Assembly: GCA_964036045.1 (NCBI GenBank)
Contig: OZ038378.1
Span: 188,232,001 to 188,296,000 of the forward strand
Direction: 5' to 3'
From: Eutreptiella sp. 'Long Island Sound 2002'
Taxonomy: Eukaryota > Protista > Euglenida
Length of the DNA stretch: 64,000 bases
The stretch's first letter is position 1; each line of letters starts with the position of its first letter. A model generated the notes under the pieces. The model made no database searches. It was not told where the DNA came from and was given only the letters and a program-made list of their open reading frames with translations. Both the position numbers and the translations under genes were made by a program. This document shows, in pieces, positions 12,901-27,900 of this stretch.

Positions 12901-15900
12901 CGGAAAGTTCCAAACAAAAAAATTAATTTCAAGGCGAAAAATTCCGGTTTGTTCGAAAACTTCAGCGAACCATTTTTTTTATGAGAGCGCCATCAAAAAC
13001 GTGTCGTGAAGCATTGATTGCAAGTGTCCCAAGCTACTGAAAAAGCTATTGTTCAGCATAACCGTTGCAACAACGTGCAAGTAATTTTGAAGTTACACCC
13101 CACGGTGAAGAAAATGCGCAGGCCTTGATGTTGATAGAAATCTTCATTTTCGATGCAATGCACATGCAATGTGACAATACTGTTCATCAACCAGTTGCAC
13201 AAACGCTCACTCACATGCCGGGTAGGAGGTGTGCATCTCAGGAAGTGACTGCCACCGGACGGCATGTCCCCCGCGTCCTTCGGACCGCCAACACACAAGT
13301 ATTGCACCGACACTACAAGTGGCATCACAAACAATCACCAATGGACCAGGTCGTCAAGGCCGGCCTGGTGAGCCAGAGCAAAAGCATTTTGTAAAGGGAT
13401 ATGGGACAATCGGGCAGGGATGTCTCCATGTCGCCGTGTACGATTGCGGGTATGATTACAATTACGAGTCGATTGTACAATTTCCGTTGACCACATTTGA
13501 GGTCGTTCACCCAGTGACACCCGACCGTTGCGGTTTGGTTCGGACTGGGTCGCATGTGCCAGAGCTAAACGCCAAATCCCCTGCGGCACGACGGCAGCCA
13601 GCGCTGAACGGAACAGAGCGAGCCTCCAGCGAGGGCAGCCAGTGAGGGTGTGTGTGATTGGGGATGATTGATGTGTGACCACATGATCATTGCAGGTCCC
13701 GTCGGGTTTCCTTGTCTGAGCGCTGTGATGCGGTCCAGCGGTGATGCCCAGTTGCAAGGTGTGCCCCCCGACACCAAAAATGTGCCGTCACAAGGCACAT
13801 CCAAAAGGACGCAGTCGAGACTACTGCCGGGCGGCACGATTGCAGTGGCAAGACCCCGTGGGGCGTTTGTCCATCAGGCAGGGGTCCCCAATGACCTGAT
13901 TTTGGGCTAGCCACTTTGGTTGCTTACCAGCTCATGCCTTGTCCTTTGGAATCCTATGTCATACCCAGGGAACGTGTGCAGATTGATATCAGTCAGTTCC
14001 AGGCAGACAGACCATCGCCAGCCACGCCAACGCCATCGCAGAGCCGGAGTAAGTGCAGGGGGGGGGGGGGGGTCATTTAACAACGAGATTTGGTTATTCA
14101 TTTCCACTGAGGACCGCTCCTTAAGGTCAGTTCTCTGGGACGGTAGTGCACCGTCCGCCGTTCGCTGGCTGTTGGCAGTACTCCACGATCCTTGACAGTG
14201 CACGTGTGCAGCAACGACACCACACAAATAAAAATGTGCGCGTTGTGCCAGAAACGACTGCAACTTGACGGCACCGGCGGCGCGCGAGAAGGTGCCCGCA
14301 ACCGAAACGCGAGACGCAAGGGCGAGAGGGCGCGGGAGGGACCAAGAAGTCCGGGAGTTTCCGCCGTCTGACGCCATTAGGCGGCCCAGACGACGTGTTG
14401 TTTGGCAGACCTTCAAAAGTGTTTCGGTTTGGGGCGTCGCCCTTCACGAACTGCTTTCACACATTATTTCATGCGGTCCGTCGACGTCGGTGCACATTTG
14501 TGTGTGGCGTGTCTTCCAAACTGCACCGCACCGCACTCCATTTCCGCTCGTCAGGATTTGCATTGCCGGTGCCGCCACCCACAGAGCAACTCGAAGACGG
14601 TGTGTGCGCGCGCGCGTACCCGCGTGTGCCCGTGCGTGTGCCCGTGCGTGTGCGTGTGCATGGGCCTGGGTCTGCGCGTGTCCTACGGTGAACAGTGTGA
14701 CTACCGGGAGCAGCCGGTGGGGCAGCACAGGCAGGCCACGGCATCTGACCGGCTGCCCTAGAAAGGCACCCGTGCGCTTAAATGGCTTCATGACGTTCTC
14801 TTTTGGAGAGGGGCCTTCGTGGCGCCTGACGGGATGTTGTCTGCGGCCCGTGTCTCAATACTGCCGCACCACCGGCTGTGATTTCCCTCAGGTTCGGCTG
14901 AAGAGGCGCGCATTGCGGCGTCTGGTGCTGGGCTGGCCACATTGCAGGCCGCTGGAGGTGTGAAGGTGCACGGAATAGACGAGGTGCACGCACGGGATGG
15001 GGCCAGGGGGGGCGAACGGGAATGCAGGGAGAGGCAGTGGCCAGAGGGGGAGGTGGTGTCACTGTCCGTGGGGGGAGCGTGCAGACTTGTGGCTGAATGG
15101 ATGAATTGGAAGGAGTATGGCCACCCCACGCCCTTCCCCTGCCCCCCCCCCCCCCGCGCGGCCCCACGACAGAACAGTCGTGAGGGGAAACATCCAGTTT
15201 TGCCAAAGCCAGTTTTTTCGGACGTTCTGCCCCCCCCCCCCCCTCGTTGCCACCGAGTGACCGACACCCCAATGACCGCTGGAGCGAGGCAACCACACCG
15301 TTGAGCCCCCACGGGAGTACAGGAGTGCCTTAGTAGATCCACAGCACTGGCCCGTCCCGCTTTGTTGTGCTTGTGTTTGGTTGTACCATCCACTGAGGGT
15401 GCCCCTGCTGCAGTGCAAGGCCCCACCATGCCCCTGATGCTATGCAGCTGTGCCCATGATGCCATGTAAAGATCGCCCTGTGTGGCTGGGCCTGACATGG
15501 AGGCTGCACGATTACGCATTGCAGGTCCGCACCTTTCGGCATTGGCATTGCTCTATCCACCGCACCTTTCGGCATTGGCATTGCTCTATCCACCGGATGG
15601 GCTGGAACTTCTGCAGGCTGCAGCAGGTCGAGGTGTGTTGCCCCTCTTCAACCGATGTTCATGACCCATGCAGCCCAGGCAGTGTACCGCTGCACCCTCC
15701 CCTCCCGCCCTCTTACACTTTGACGCAAGCACGTCACTGAGCACTGTTGGCATTGACATGTAGCGTTCCCAAATCCGGAGTTTGATCCAACTCAGTTACA
15801 AGCATGCGGCCTGCGTCGAGGGCCAAATTGGGAGGTGCGAAGTTTTTTGGGCCAAAACAGCAATTTTTGGTCTCAGGCAGCCCAAAAACGATCAGACCAT

Positions 15901-18900
15901 GATTAGCAGTGGTTACCGACTGCACTGAACCAGCCCATTTGGCCTGTCAAAGAGCTGATTTTAGCCTGTAGCCGCCTAATATGTCCAAGAAATGCCTGGA
16001 AAATGGCCCCAAACGGCTCAGAGCCTTCCAAGCACGGGGGCCGATCCTGGTCGGGACCCGACCCCAAGGGGGGGGGGGGGGGGGACCCCTCTACGGACCC
16101 CAAAATTGTCGTACGGAACAATGTGCTTTGTCGGAGCCGGAGGCGCCGGAGATTTTGTTTTAGGCATATGGCAGGGGGAAATTTTTTCGTTCGACCCTAT
16201 GTGTCTGTACTCAAAATACTCAGAATTTCGTGGAGAATTCAAAAATGGCTGAAAAGCATAAAAAAGGATTTTGACCCTGACCCGACCTCCGGGTCGGACC
16301 TTGGCTGATGGGAGTCTGTTTGAGCGTTAGCCAGCGGTCGTTAAGGGACGTGATTTTTTTTTGTTAAGGTCCCCCGCTTTGAAGCGGTGGGGACCCCCGA
16401 GGCGGCAGGGGTTATGCGGCCACCTTGCCCACTTGTGGGCCACCTCTGATTCTGCCCCCCGCTCTAAAGCGGTGGGGATCCCCCAAGCGGCAGGGGTTAT
16501 GTAGCCACCTTGCCCACTTGTGGGCCACTTCTGATTCTGCAGCCCGCTCCGAAGCGGTGGGGATCCCCTAGGTGGCAGGGGTTATGTAGCCACGTTGCCC
16601 ACTTGTGGGCCACCTGTGGTTTTGTCCCCCGCTCTGAAGTGGTGGGGATCCCCCAGGCGGCAGGGGTTATGTAGCCACCTTGCCCACTTGTGGGCCACTT
16701 CTGATTCTGCCCCCCGCTCTGAAGCGGTGGGGATCCCCTAGGCATGTGGTGTGGCAACAAAGATGGCAAGTGCAGCACAAGTGTGCACGGCAAGAAAATT
16801 GACAGCAATTGCAGTCTCGCGTACCATCGGCTACGGCTAAACAGTGCGGCAACCCCAACAGCGATGAACCCTAGCACCAACTTGCCAGTTTGCTTCAAGG
16901 TGCTTGATTGCCGAAAATGGCATTGCACCTACGCCATGCCACACCACATGGCACAAGCGCACCCCGGTGTGTCCCATGACTATGCCGGGTGCAGCGAAGA
17001 GGAGAAAACAAAGGTGTTGCAAGCCTTTGACGATTTCCGGGCCCCATTGCCACCGAAGGCGAAGCCTGCTGCGCCGCCGGCCCTACCCAGTGTTCTCCGT
17101 GCTCTTCTCTCTGGGCCAAACCAGGGTAGTAGTAGTAGTGGTAGTAGTAGCAGCAGAGCTCCACCACCAATGCCTCCTCCAGTACGAGTGCATCCTGTGC
17201 GTCGGTAACCGGGTTCCACATGGGGGGAGAGAGAGCTTACCCAAGGCAGCCTAAGAGACATTTGATAGCCTTTGGGCGAACTCAAGGCAACATTCAGTAC
17301 TGCTCTGAAAGTGCTGCAGTGCAGCAAAACAATCATGCGCTATGACCGGTCACAGTGCATCTTGTTAGCTTTGTTTGTTTGCGCGCTTGGACGGGGCCTG
17401 ACGGAAAAGGTGCTGGGTTTGGGTCAGTGAAGGGGGGGGTCCCCCCCCCCCTTCGGAGGGGGGTGGGGTCCCCCCCCCCCCTACAGCCCCCCAAACTGTC
17501 GAACACCCCTCGAGGTCACACATTGGCTGGCGGCGGCCCCCGTGCTTCCAAGTTTGGCCGAAAGCAGTCCCAACCCAAGAATGGATTGCATCTTGAGCTC
17601 AGATCTGATTCCACAAGCAAGTGTACCTTCAAGCTGCCCCATTTTTTGTCATTTCCGCCAATGAGAATGGCTCCGACGGACGCCAAAGCCCCCATACGAG
17701 GGCGCACTAGGCTCCAAGGAGCGTGCGGGGGCCAAGGTGATTAAAAAAATGGCCATTTCCCCCACAGTTCTTCCCGGGCGTCTTGGGAGGTGGAAACAAG
17801 TATTTTTAGCTCCTTTTGAGCCTGTTTTTGCCCACCCGGGGGCCCAACAGGCTCCAAAGAATGCGACATTATGGATGCCGTATGCGTTAAGGGGGAGCGT
17901 TAGCGCACTAGGCATCTTTTTTGACCCGTGCCCCACCGGTGGCCTTTTAAGGGGTGCACTAAGGGGGCGCACTTAGCGCAGTGCAGCTATTTGGGCGTTT
18001 GGCTGTACTAGAGACCCATACTTTGAGATACTAGGGGCATCATTGTGACCGCTAGCGTAGGTTTTGGCTTCTGATTTTGTCCCCTTTGTTGGGGACCCCC
18101 GAGAATGCAGGGGTGACGTAGCATTTCCGCCCTCTTTTGGGCCCCAACCTTCCGGTGCTATTGAGGAAACCGGGACAATCTCTGAATCCACGCTTTGTTG
18201 CGTGGCCCCTTGAGTTGGGGTTAGGGACTCTCAATCCACGCTTTGTTGCGTGGCCCCTTGAGTTGGGGTTAGGGACTCTCAATCCATGCTTTGTTGCGTG
18301 GCCCCTCGGTTGTGGCATTCGGGTTTGGTTAGGAACATCTGGCGTGGCGGCCCCAATGAGTTGCACCAGTCGGTTTGTATTTTGTTGCATTTTACACAAT
18401 TTTGCATTCGGAGGCAAGTGCACAGGTGTACAGACGTGAGAGACTGTAAACAGTCAACATAGCTGTGCACGCAGAGACATCCATGAGTGCACAACTGCCA
18501 GTGCACGCGCATAAAGGGGTGCATGCAAAGACCTGAACACAAGCGTGCCTGTACAGACATAAACAGCAGAAGGAGGATGAATCAGACACGGAGGGGCACA
18601 AGGGCGGGTACTCCACACCAATGCAATCCTGCTCGCACAAGCATCACGCATGACTGTGTCCTATGCACTCATATGCACCCGCGTATGTCTGTGCATGCAT
18701 GCCACTATGTGCCTGTATGTGCCCGTGTGTATTAATGCCCTTGTTTCAGGCGCCAACCTTCCAGCATTAGCACTGCTGTACCCACCTGTTGCTGATGGGC
18801 CGCAGAAAACCATGAATGGGCTGGAAATTCTGCTGGCTGCAGCAGGTGTGCCAGACTCCTCTTCATGTATGTACATTTGCGTTTTCCCATTCTTTACACG

Positions 18901-21900
18901 CACTTAAGGGCGTCCAAATCAGCACACAGGTGATGGTCATGTAGGTATTTACCGTAGTCTCAGGGGTGTCAGGTGTCTTCTGTGTTTCTATGCATGATTT
19001 GGTTGTCCAGCGCTGCCAGACCAGCTGAAGCTGCATCTGCGGGTGTCTGTGCCCTGGGTGTGCTCTGGGGGCACCAACATCGCACCCCAGCCAGCAGCAT
19101 GCCAATGGTGCGCGGCTCTGTCGCGCATCTTAGACCAGTTCTCTTTTTAGGACCGAACGCTGTAGACCTGCCTAGACCAGACCTGAATGTAGAAGCCCCG
19201 AATCTTCTCGGATCTTTCGGAAGCCAGCTGAGTCCTTGCAAAACATAGCAGAGGCATGGACAACAGTGAGAGGGAGGGAGGGGGAGGGAGAAAGGGAAGG
19301 GGATACGAAGTGACAGATGTCTGAAGATGGTCAAATGGATTGTGTGCTATCATGCAGTCCATCCATTGCCCTGCACACAGCCTCTGCACCATGGTCTGCT
19401 CTGCAATTTGTCTTTTTTTCCCCCTTATAGGGCCACAGGCGATATGGTGTTTGTTAACAACAATCCTCCACAACCCTCCAAGAATTAACATTTGTCATTA
19501 CAATCCGCCAAGAATGGACAGCAAGCATCCAAAAGGCGCCATGAATTGATACCATCCACACCCCTTCACGAATTAGCAACAAGCATTGTGAAGCCAAAAA
19601 GATCACGTAGTGCTTATCCACAAGCTTACACAAAATAATGGCAAGCCTCCAAGAGTCATTACGAATAAACATGCATCTAGAAGCCTCCAAGAATTCATAT
19701 TAGCCATCCCAAGAGTCACAGGTTCTCAAGCGAGCCCCTTTTTTCTTTTATAATATTACGCAACAATTGGTGGACCGTGGTGCGGCCCGTGGCTTGGATG
19801 GCTGACCACTTCGCATTTACTGCCAACATGCACCCAGAAGCCTTCAAGAAGTACTATTAGTCATCCAAAAGCCCATGCGAACGGGCGGCAAGCATATAGA
19901 AGCCACCAAAAGTAAACAATACTCATCCACAACCATCCAAATTTAACAGCAACGGTGCAAAAGCTCCCAAGAATTAATAGTGGGCATCTAGAAGCCCATG
20001 GGAATTCATCCAATAGCTTGCACAAATGTGTAGTGTCACGAAGAATAAGTAGTAGTCTTCCACAACTGGCCGGCAATTAATCCACTCAAGCCCCCCACCC
20101 CCACTCTCAGGCTAACTAGCTTTAAGCTACCAATGGTGGGTTGCCCCCCCCCCCCCCCCTCTCCTCTGCAGAACCAACCCCCCAAAAGTGGTCCAAGTGG
20201 TCCCCAAGTAAGTACTAGCGGAATGATTTGTGGCGTACCTTCTGAAATTGGGTGGTGTTACAGGCCGTCCCCACAATAGTGCCACATCTGACATATGAGG
20301 GCGGAGGGATCCATATGATTTGAAACTGTTCTTGAAAAAAGTCTGATTTCGTTGGGTTCGCAAGGAGGAGCCCACCCACCCCTCCCCTTGGACCCCCCTC
20401 AGTCTACCCACCTATCCCCAATTGAAGGATTCCCTCCTAAAAAGGCGAACACGTACATACACCCGGAAGGACCAACCGGCATACTCATTCAGCCTTTATG
20501 GCCCCCCCCCCCCCCCCAGTAGCCACCCGGTTGGAGTAGCCTGGCCCCCGGTTGGAGGAACCTGCCCCTCCCTAGAGTAGCTCTTGCCCCCCCCAAAAGA
20601 GCATCTAGCCAACTTCTGTATGGGGGGGGGATATGCACGCGAGTGGTTGGCACAGTTACCAATGATGCATTTTTGGGGTTGGGGGGTGGGACCATTCCCA
20701 TGCCATGCTCCTTAAAGAGGCAAGGGCGGGGGCTTATGGTGGTGGGCATTTTGCCATGGCATGAGAGGGCTGCCCCCCAGAAATGGAAATTTGTGCCAGT
20801 CCAAGGGGGTCTACGGAGAGCTGGGCCAGGAACAAGTAGGGAGCCATGGGTGGGTGCCACAATGTAGATTATATATGGACAAAAAAACTCCCCTCCCCTC
20901 TCCTGTCAAACAGCCATATGTGTGTGTGTGTGTGTGTGTCAGTTTATGTATGTATGTATGGCGCCATTGTGAGCCTATCAAGCTAGTATCAAACATTGGC
21001 CTGTAACCGCGAAAATTTCCAACGAAAATGTCACCAATGCAACGGCAGGGTGTGAGGGGAGTTGCCTCCGCTTTTAAGCCCCAACTTAGTCCTTGGCAAG
21101 GCCTGCCCCTGGTGATGGATCTCCCTAGGGGCTGAAGGCAACTTTAGCAGCACAGGCAAAGCAGGCTGGTGCAGAGAAGTGCTGCTTGCTGCTCGTTGCT
21201 TCTTGCTTGCTGCTTGCTGGCTGTTGCTTGTTGCTTGCTTGTGTTAGATGCCCGGCGGGAGGGGTGTCCAAGTAGGTCTCGGGGACTTCTGTGCAACAGA
21301 TCCACGTGATACAGAGATTCATTGGGGGAATCCCCAGGCCTGGCTGTGTGTCCCTGGGACACGCCGTGTGCGAGCGGCCCGGCTTCGCGTGGATCACCAG
21401 GTCAGCACACGCTACGGCAGGCGCCAACAGAAGCACAGCCGCCCAGCCCGCCTGTGTCCGACAGAGTTGCGCGAAAGGGCCAGTGGGCCAGGAGGGACAA
21501 AGCCGAGCGGCCCTTCCTCCAATTAATGGAGTCCTCCACCGACTCAGCACCGGCAGCTGGGAATGGACATTCGACGTTTGACCTTTGACCTTTGAGGGGC
21601 ATCCACACATTGCAACTGCTGCCCAAGCTGTTGTGCTGGGCACGGATGGGGTTCATCCATGCATCACTTTGTTCATGCACCCCCTTGACGTTGGTGCAAC
21701 GTGCACGACAACTACTCGGCATGCACAGGTGTACAGACGTGAGAGACAGTAAACAGTCAACATAGCTGTGCACGCAGAGACATCCAGGAGTGCACAACTG
21801 CCAGTGCACGCGCATAAAGGGGTGCATGCAAAGACCTGAACACAAGCGTGCCTGTACAGACATAAACAGCAGAAGGAGGATGAATCAGACACGGAGGGGC

Positions 21901-24900
21901 GCATGGGCGGGTACTCCACACCAATGCAATCCTGCTCGCACAAGCATCACGCATGACTGTGTCCTATGCACTCATATGCACCCGCGTATGTCTGTGCATG
22001 CATGCCACTATGTGCCTGTATGTGCCTGTATGTGCCCGTGTGTATTAATGCCCTTGTTTCAGGCGCCAACCTTCCAGCATTAGCACTGCTGTACCCACCT
22101 GTTGCTGATGGGCCGCAGAAAACCATGAATGGGCTGGAAATTCTGCTGGCTGCAGCAGGTGTGCCAGACTCCTCTTCATGTATGTACATTTGCGTTTTCC
22201 CATTCTTTACACGCACTTAAGGGCGTCCAAATCAGCACACAGGTGATGGTCATGTAGGTATTTACCGTAGTCTCAGGGGTGTCAGGTGTCTTCTGTGTTT
22301 CTATGCATGATTTGGTTGTCCAGCGCTGCCAGACCAGCTGAAGCTGCATCTGCGGGTGTCTGTGCCCTGGGTGTGCTCTGGGGGCACCAACATCGCACCC
22401 CAGCCAGCAGCATGCCAATGGTGCGCGGCTCTGTCGCGCATCTTAGACCAGTTCTCTTTTTAGGACCGAACGCTGTAGACCTGCCTAGACCAGACCTGAA
22501 TGTAGAAGCCCCGAATCTTCTCGGATCTTTCGGAAGCCAGCTGAGTCCTTGCAAAACATAGCAGAGGCATGGACAACAGTGAGAGGGAGGGAGGGGGAGG
22601 GAGAAAGGGAAGGGGATACGAAGTGACAGACGCATGAAGGCACGGAGGGAGGGAGGAAGGGCGGAAGAGAGATGCATAGACAGATAGACAGAGGGACACA
22701 CACACATACACACACAGAGAGAGAGAGAGAGAGAGGCAAGCATGCATGCAGATGCAAATGGATGTGGCAATGAATTCATCTGTGCACATGTATACGGGCC
22801 CAGGCTTGCAGCAAAATCCGTGCATTCACAAGCATTCAGCTGCACCTGCCCAGAGATGTATGGTAATTTAATGCCTGTATGTAGGTGTCAGGGATAGATA
22901 TAACAGTGACCGATTTATTTTGGTGGGGATGGAGGTGGGGTGGGGGGGCCTCTTAGGGGCCCGAGATGACGAATTACAAACGCCGTTGTCCCTCTTATGG
23001 TAAGGGGGCAATTTTGGCGCTGAAACCGCCGCATTTGTTCTGAGAGGCCAAAAGTGGTCCAGAATCTCGAAAAAAACTTCCCTGCAAAACTGTCATGCGG
23101 CCCATCAAACTGATCAGCGGAATGTGCTGAACGCGAAGATGTGTGTGAGGGGAGCCAAAAATCACATTTTTTTTAGGGTCAAAAGTGGTGAAAATTGGCC
23201 GGCCGAATTTCGTCATTGTCATTTCATCATTGGGGGGGGGGGGCGGCCCTTAGGAGGGGGCACCCCCCTGCACTATATCCATCCCTAGTAGGTGTAATAT
23301 TATTCCATGCCTGCGTATGACTTTGTTTATGCAACCCTTTATGTGGATGTATGCATCGATTCAGCACGTGTCTGCGTCATTGTTTTTGATGCAGCTCGCT
23401 ACGTTCCTTTGTGCAGCTCTCTGCATCTGTGTATGCATGGCCATATTTATGTCTGCATCGTTGCCTTTTATCTGTGTGTCACACAGATCCCCACCTTTCA
23501 GCATTGGAATTGCTTTATCCGCCTCATCGAGCACTGGAATGTCTGCTGGCCGCAGCAGGTATGCCGTACCAGGGGGGCAGAAAAAGTTGCTCCACAGGTT
23601 TTACTTCGTAGAAAAAGCATAATGTCTTCAGACCTGTGACGGATGCATACGAGCCATCCAGTTGGAATTCTGTTCCGATGGGCATTCATTTCATGGGATT
23701 GTTTTGCAGGCGTATGCTAATTGCCGGGCCAGCCACCCGTCCGTTTGGAAAATAACGTTGTAATTTTGTTACTGGGCCATTTGTTGCATGTTGCCTTGTT
23801 TGTTTTCCCATTTTGTTTTTTTATTTGTTTTTTTGTTTTTCTTGTGTTATTTCTGTTGTGTTGGTCAATTTTACTGTTTTTGACCTGCGCAGGGGCGCCA
23901 TATTTGAACAACTTTATGTTTTCTTGCGACCTGTTGCACGTACATCATCCATCTGAACAAGGCCACCTCCGAGGTGCGGGGTTGCGATCCTTCAGGCGCA
24001 TCAGTTCGTGGATGTGTGTAGCTGGTGATTGAGGTTTGTTGGTAGTCAACCACCAGCAGTTTGCACACCCAATGTAAGCGGCCAATTTTTTTTTTTGAGG
24101 TGGGGGAAGCACTGGAGGTCATTCCAGCAGCCTTCTTCTGCTGAATTGGAAGTCAACCCAAGGAGCTCTCATCCCATGTTCGGGATGTTTGTGGCAGAAG
24201 TGGGCTGTAGGATTTTTTGTTTATGTTATTACTATTATTACTATGTTGAGACTTGACTAGGAACGTATGATGCTTACATGATGATGACAGTGGAGTGGAA
24301 ACTTGGAAAAATGTACGGGCGGAGAATTAAAGATTGTGATCCCATACATCCTTCCAAGTTATGCAGCCCACCCAAAATGCGGGTTGCTTGCCCCCTGTGC
24401 AGGCGGCAAAGGGCCGCACCCCTTTGGGACGGGGCCTTGCCGCTTGCCCAAGGGGGCCCCCCTCCGGTTGCATTGAGCATGTTGCGTGATTGTCTTAAAC
24501 ACCGCCAGTTTTGAGATATTTAGGTCGCAAAATGGGTGCCGGATCCCCATACCATCGAGACGCCTCTGTTTCTCAAAACTGAATCTCGCATGGGAAATTC
24601 CATTGCCATTACCAAGACGCATTTTTGCCTACAAATTTGCAAGAATTTTTGCGCAAAAGTTTTGCGGCAAGACAAATCGAATGCTAACACACAAGCACCA
24701 AAACTTCAAAAAAATGTGTGTGTGTGTGTGTGTGTGGGGTGAGAATGAAAGATTGTGAGCCCGTGCATTTTTCCAAGTTATCCAGCCCACACAAAATGGG
24801 TTGGCTTGCCCCCTGGGCAACGGCAAAGGGCCGCCCTTGGGACGGGGCTTCGCCGCTTGCCCAACCCCCCCCCCCCCCTCCGGTCGAGTGGAGTGGAGTG

Positions 24901-27900
24901 GAGTGGAGTGGGGTGGGGTGGGGTGGGGGGGGCTGGGTGGGGGGGGTGGGGAGGGGATGGGGGTGGGCATTGGTGTGGGTCCGGGGGTGGGGATGCATGT
25001 GGGGGTGGGGATGCGTGTGGGTGTCTGGATGGAGGTGGAGTGGATTATGTTAGCCTGCCGGATGGCTGAACCCCAGCTCGTGCGTGGCTGTGTGTGCCTT
25101 GGCGCTTCTTACCCAGTGGTTCTAGGGTGCCGCGTCCCTCAAGGGAGGCCACCTTTGTGGCTTGCTATCCCAGGGGCCCGGATTCTCGGGTTGCAGGTCT
25201 GCTGTACTTCGCATAGTCCGGCTTCGGCTGTATTGGCGGGTTGGGGTGGGGGTGGGGGGGCTTGGTAGTTTTGCTTGTGCCTCTGCGGGCCCCACGGAGC
25301 CCCCCCCCCCCCCCCCACACAAACACACGTCTCTTGATGGTGGTGCCCATGAGATGCCTACGACTGGAGGCTAGAGAGTATGGGTTTGGGGTTGGTGATC
25401 TCTTTTGCTCTCTTTTTGGTTTAGTTCTTGGGATCTTGTTGTGAGCGGTCTGCATATTTTTCTTTCGGTCTTCATTTGGGCTTGTGAGATTGCTCGGCTT
25501 TTCTCGTTCGGCTGTTGCTCTGCATTGAGCACGAAGCGTTTGTGGTTGCTGGTGTTATTCTAGCAAGACAACGATACCGGTTCTTTGGGAGGGGAGAGAG
25601 TAGTGTTCTGTTGTGTAGTGCAGTGCAGTGCAGTGCAGTGTAGTGTAGCGTAGTGTATGGTGGTGTAGCGTAGTACAGGTTAGTAACGTGCCGTGTAGCG
25701 CAGTGTGCACCCACTACAGTACGGTACACAGCACCGCTGCCGCGTATTCTAACGTTTGTATTTGTGGTCCCCAGGTCCCGGTTTCGCATCATTGGCACTG
25801 CTCTGTCCCGGATACTCGCCTGCAAAAGAGGAAGGTATGGATTGTGTGCATATTGAATTCCTGCTGGGAAGTTTGTTCTTGTTGGGAACTGCAGTGCAGA
25901 GAGCTGGACAGAAGGGCGCTGCCACAGTTTGGATCGTTTTTGGCTCCTCTTGAGTTACTGCCCGTCGTTGGTGGTCACGGCCTTAGGCAGCGTGCATGCA
26001 GCTGGTCTGGATGAAGCCTCATGTCACGCATTCCCCAGCAGTATTCAACCTAGCGTGAAGGGGTGCTGCACGGGGCAGTGTGAGGCGCGACTGTCTGTGA
26101 TTGGCGTGACTGTTGCCTTCAACGACACACACTGTCACCGCCAACACTTGTCTTCGGCTGTTCTGCTCCTGGAATCATGCTACATGGTTTTCAGGAAGCA
26201 GCACTACGCCACACGCTCCATGCATCGACGGGTTGGCAAGGCTGCGAGCGGCAACAGGTGTGACATGCTGCGCTTGGCGTCTATTCATATCCAACTTGGG
26301 CACAACTGCGGCCAATCACGCATGTGTAAGCTTTGCGTTGCTGGTTATTGGGATGAAGAGAAAAAAGCGATGCCGTAGCACTGTGATATGAGATCAGCAT
26401 GTATCTCAGCGCATATACACATCTATGCGCATCCATACGCATGTGCATGGGCGCGTGCACGTGCATGTCCACCACACCCAGACGCCCTGCGCCGCCCACA
26501 CAGTGCTGACATCATTCCAATGGTGGCATGGGCAAAACGCAAAGTCAAGGACACAAAACCATGCGAATGATCTGCAGCATCGCCGACAAACAGAATTATA
26601 GCCTCGACCAAATCATCAAAAAGCCCGGATGCAACGCTCACACGTGCTTTGTTGAGGTAAATCGGGGGCGAAGCACGGGCGAAACTGCACCCAGGCCCTC
26701 TTTACGCCCCACAAAGCCAAACTGGTGTCTCAGCCTTATTTGTATGCCATGCATATGCACAGGCGACGTTCTTCATGTGTACAGTACCACCGCACATACA
26801 TGGATGTCTGTGATGTCCAGGGACAGACCAATTTTACAGACGAATCTGTATCCGTGTCCGCAAATACCATCTGCCCCAATTCGAGTTTTCTCCGATATCC
26901 GCATGCGTGAGTCTATTGTGCTCTATGTTTTCTAGGTCCTGGCCTTTCGTACCTGTCGAAGGTCTTTGCTGCGAAAGACGCTGTACAGCCGGTTGCTTCC
27001 AAAGGTATTTATCAGTTGTTTCCCACTCCATGCAATCTGCGACAGCACAAGTAGCCAAAGCATATGCAGGGCATGCACGAAACGCACGTCTGCTATTGGC
27101 GCAAGTCCCGCATTGCGGCCGACGCATGTCTCGCGTTTGCTGTGCGCGCGGATTTGCGTGCATTTCCCGCGTGCTCTGTACGCGCACGATCTGACGAATG
27201 TTCCGCTTCTTTGTGCCCACCCCATCTGGTTTTGCCTTTTCATTGGTGGTTGTAGGTTTACTGCTTGACTGCAGGCCTTGTGCTCAGTGACGGCCACAAC
27301 TGTGTGCCCCTATCCACCGTTACTGAGTCTGAGTCAAGGGCTATTGGACCGCTCGGTCACTGTCACGGTCAGAGGGGTAAACGAACTGCGTGTGATACGA
27401 ACAAATCGCCCGCTTGTTCTTGCCTTTCCTGCGGTTGCTCTGCCTGTCCTTCTGCACGTGCGGCGTACCCCTCTTCTGTGTGTGCCATGGACCTCTGGTT
27501 TGCGTGTACTGTGCGGGCGTGTCCTGCGCGTGCACATGTGCATTGTGTCTGCTGTGCGCACGTGATGTGTGCCGGCCGTGCGTGCCGGCCCTGCAATGTA
27601 CTGTGCGTGCCTGTCCGGCCTGTGTCATGCACACCTGAACTGCGTTTGAGAGGCGCACATCACCTGCGTGTGCTGTGCGTGCCTGCCCTGCGTGTGCTTT
27701 GCCTTGAAAGTCCCGTGTGTGCTGCGCGCCCCTGTGCTGCGAGTACTGCGCGTGCATGTTCTACGCTGGGCAGTGTAAAGCGCGACTGTCTTTGATTGGC
27801 GTGACTCTTTCCGCTCGAGTCGCAAATTCTTCGTTCGCCAAGAGGTGAGCTGGGAATCTCCACACATTGGACGGCTCCGGCACCGCTAATGGCGCCACCC

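Noticed and set aside
16381-16742. Possible CRISPR array
   Set aside because: The units are contiguous and similar along their whole length, with no unique spacers, no cas genes and a eukaryotic context.
17157-17204. 48-nt AG/GT phase 1-1 segment reading ELHHQCLLQYECILCV
   Set aside because: It lacks the family motif and overlaps the Pro-rich end of ORF 16744-17208 in another frame, which explains its composition.
18185-18306. Telomere or interstitial telomeric array
   Set aside because: There is only one TTAGGG per 48-bp unit, not a tandem hexamer run.
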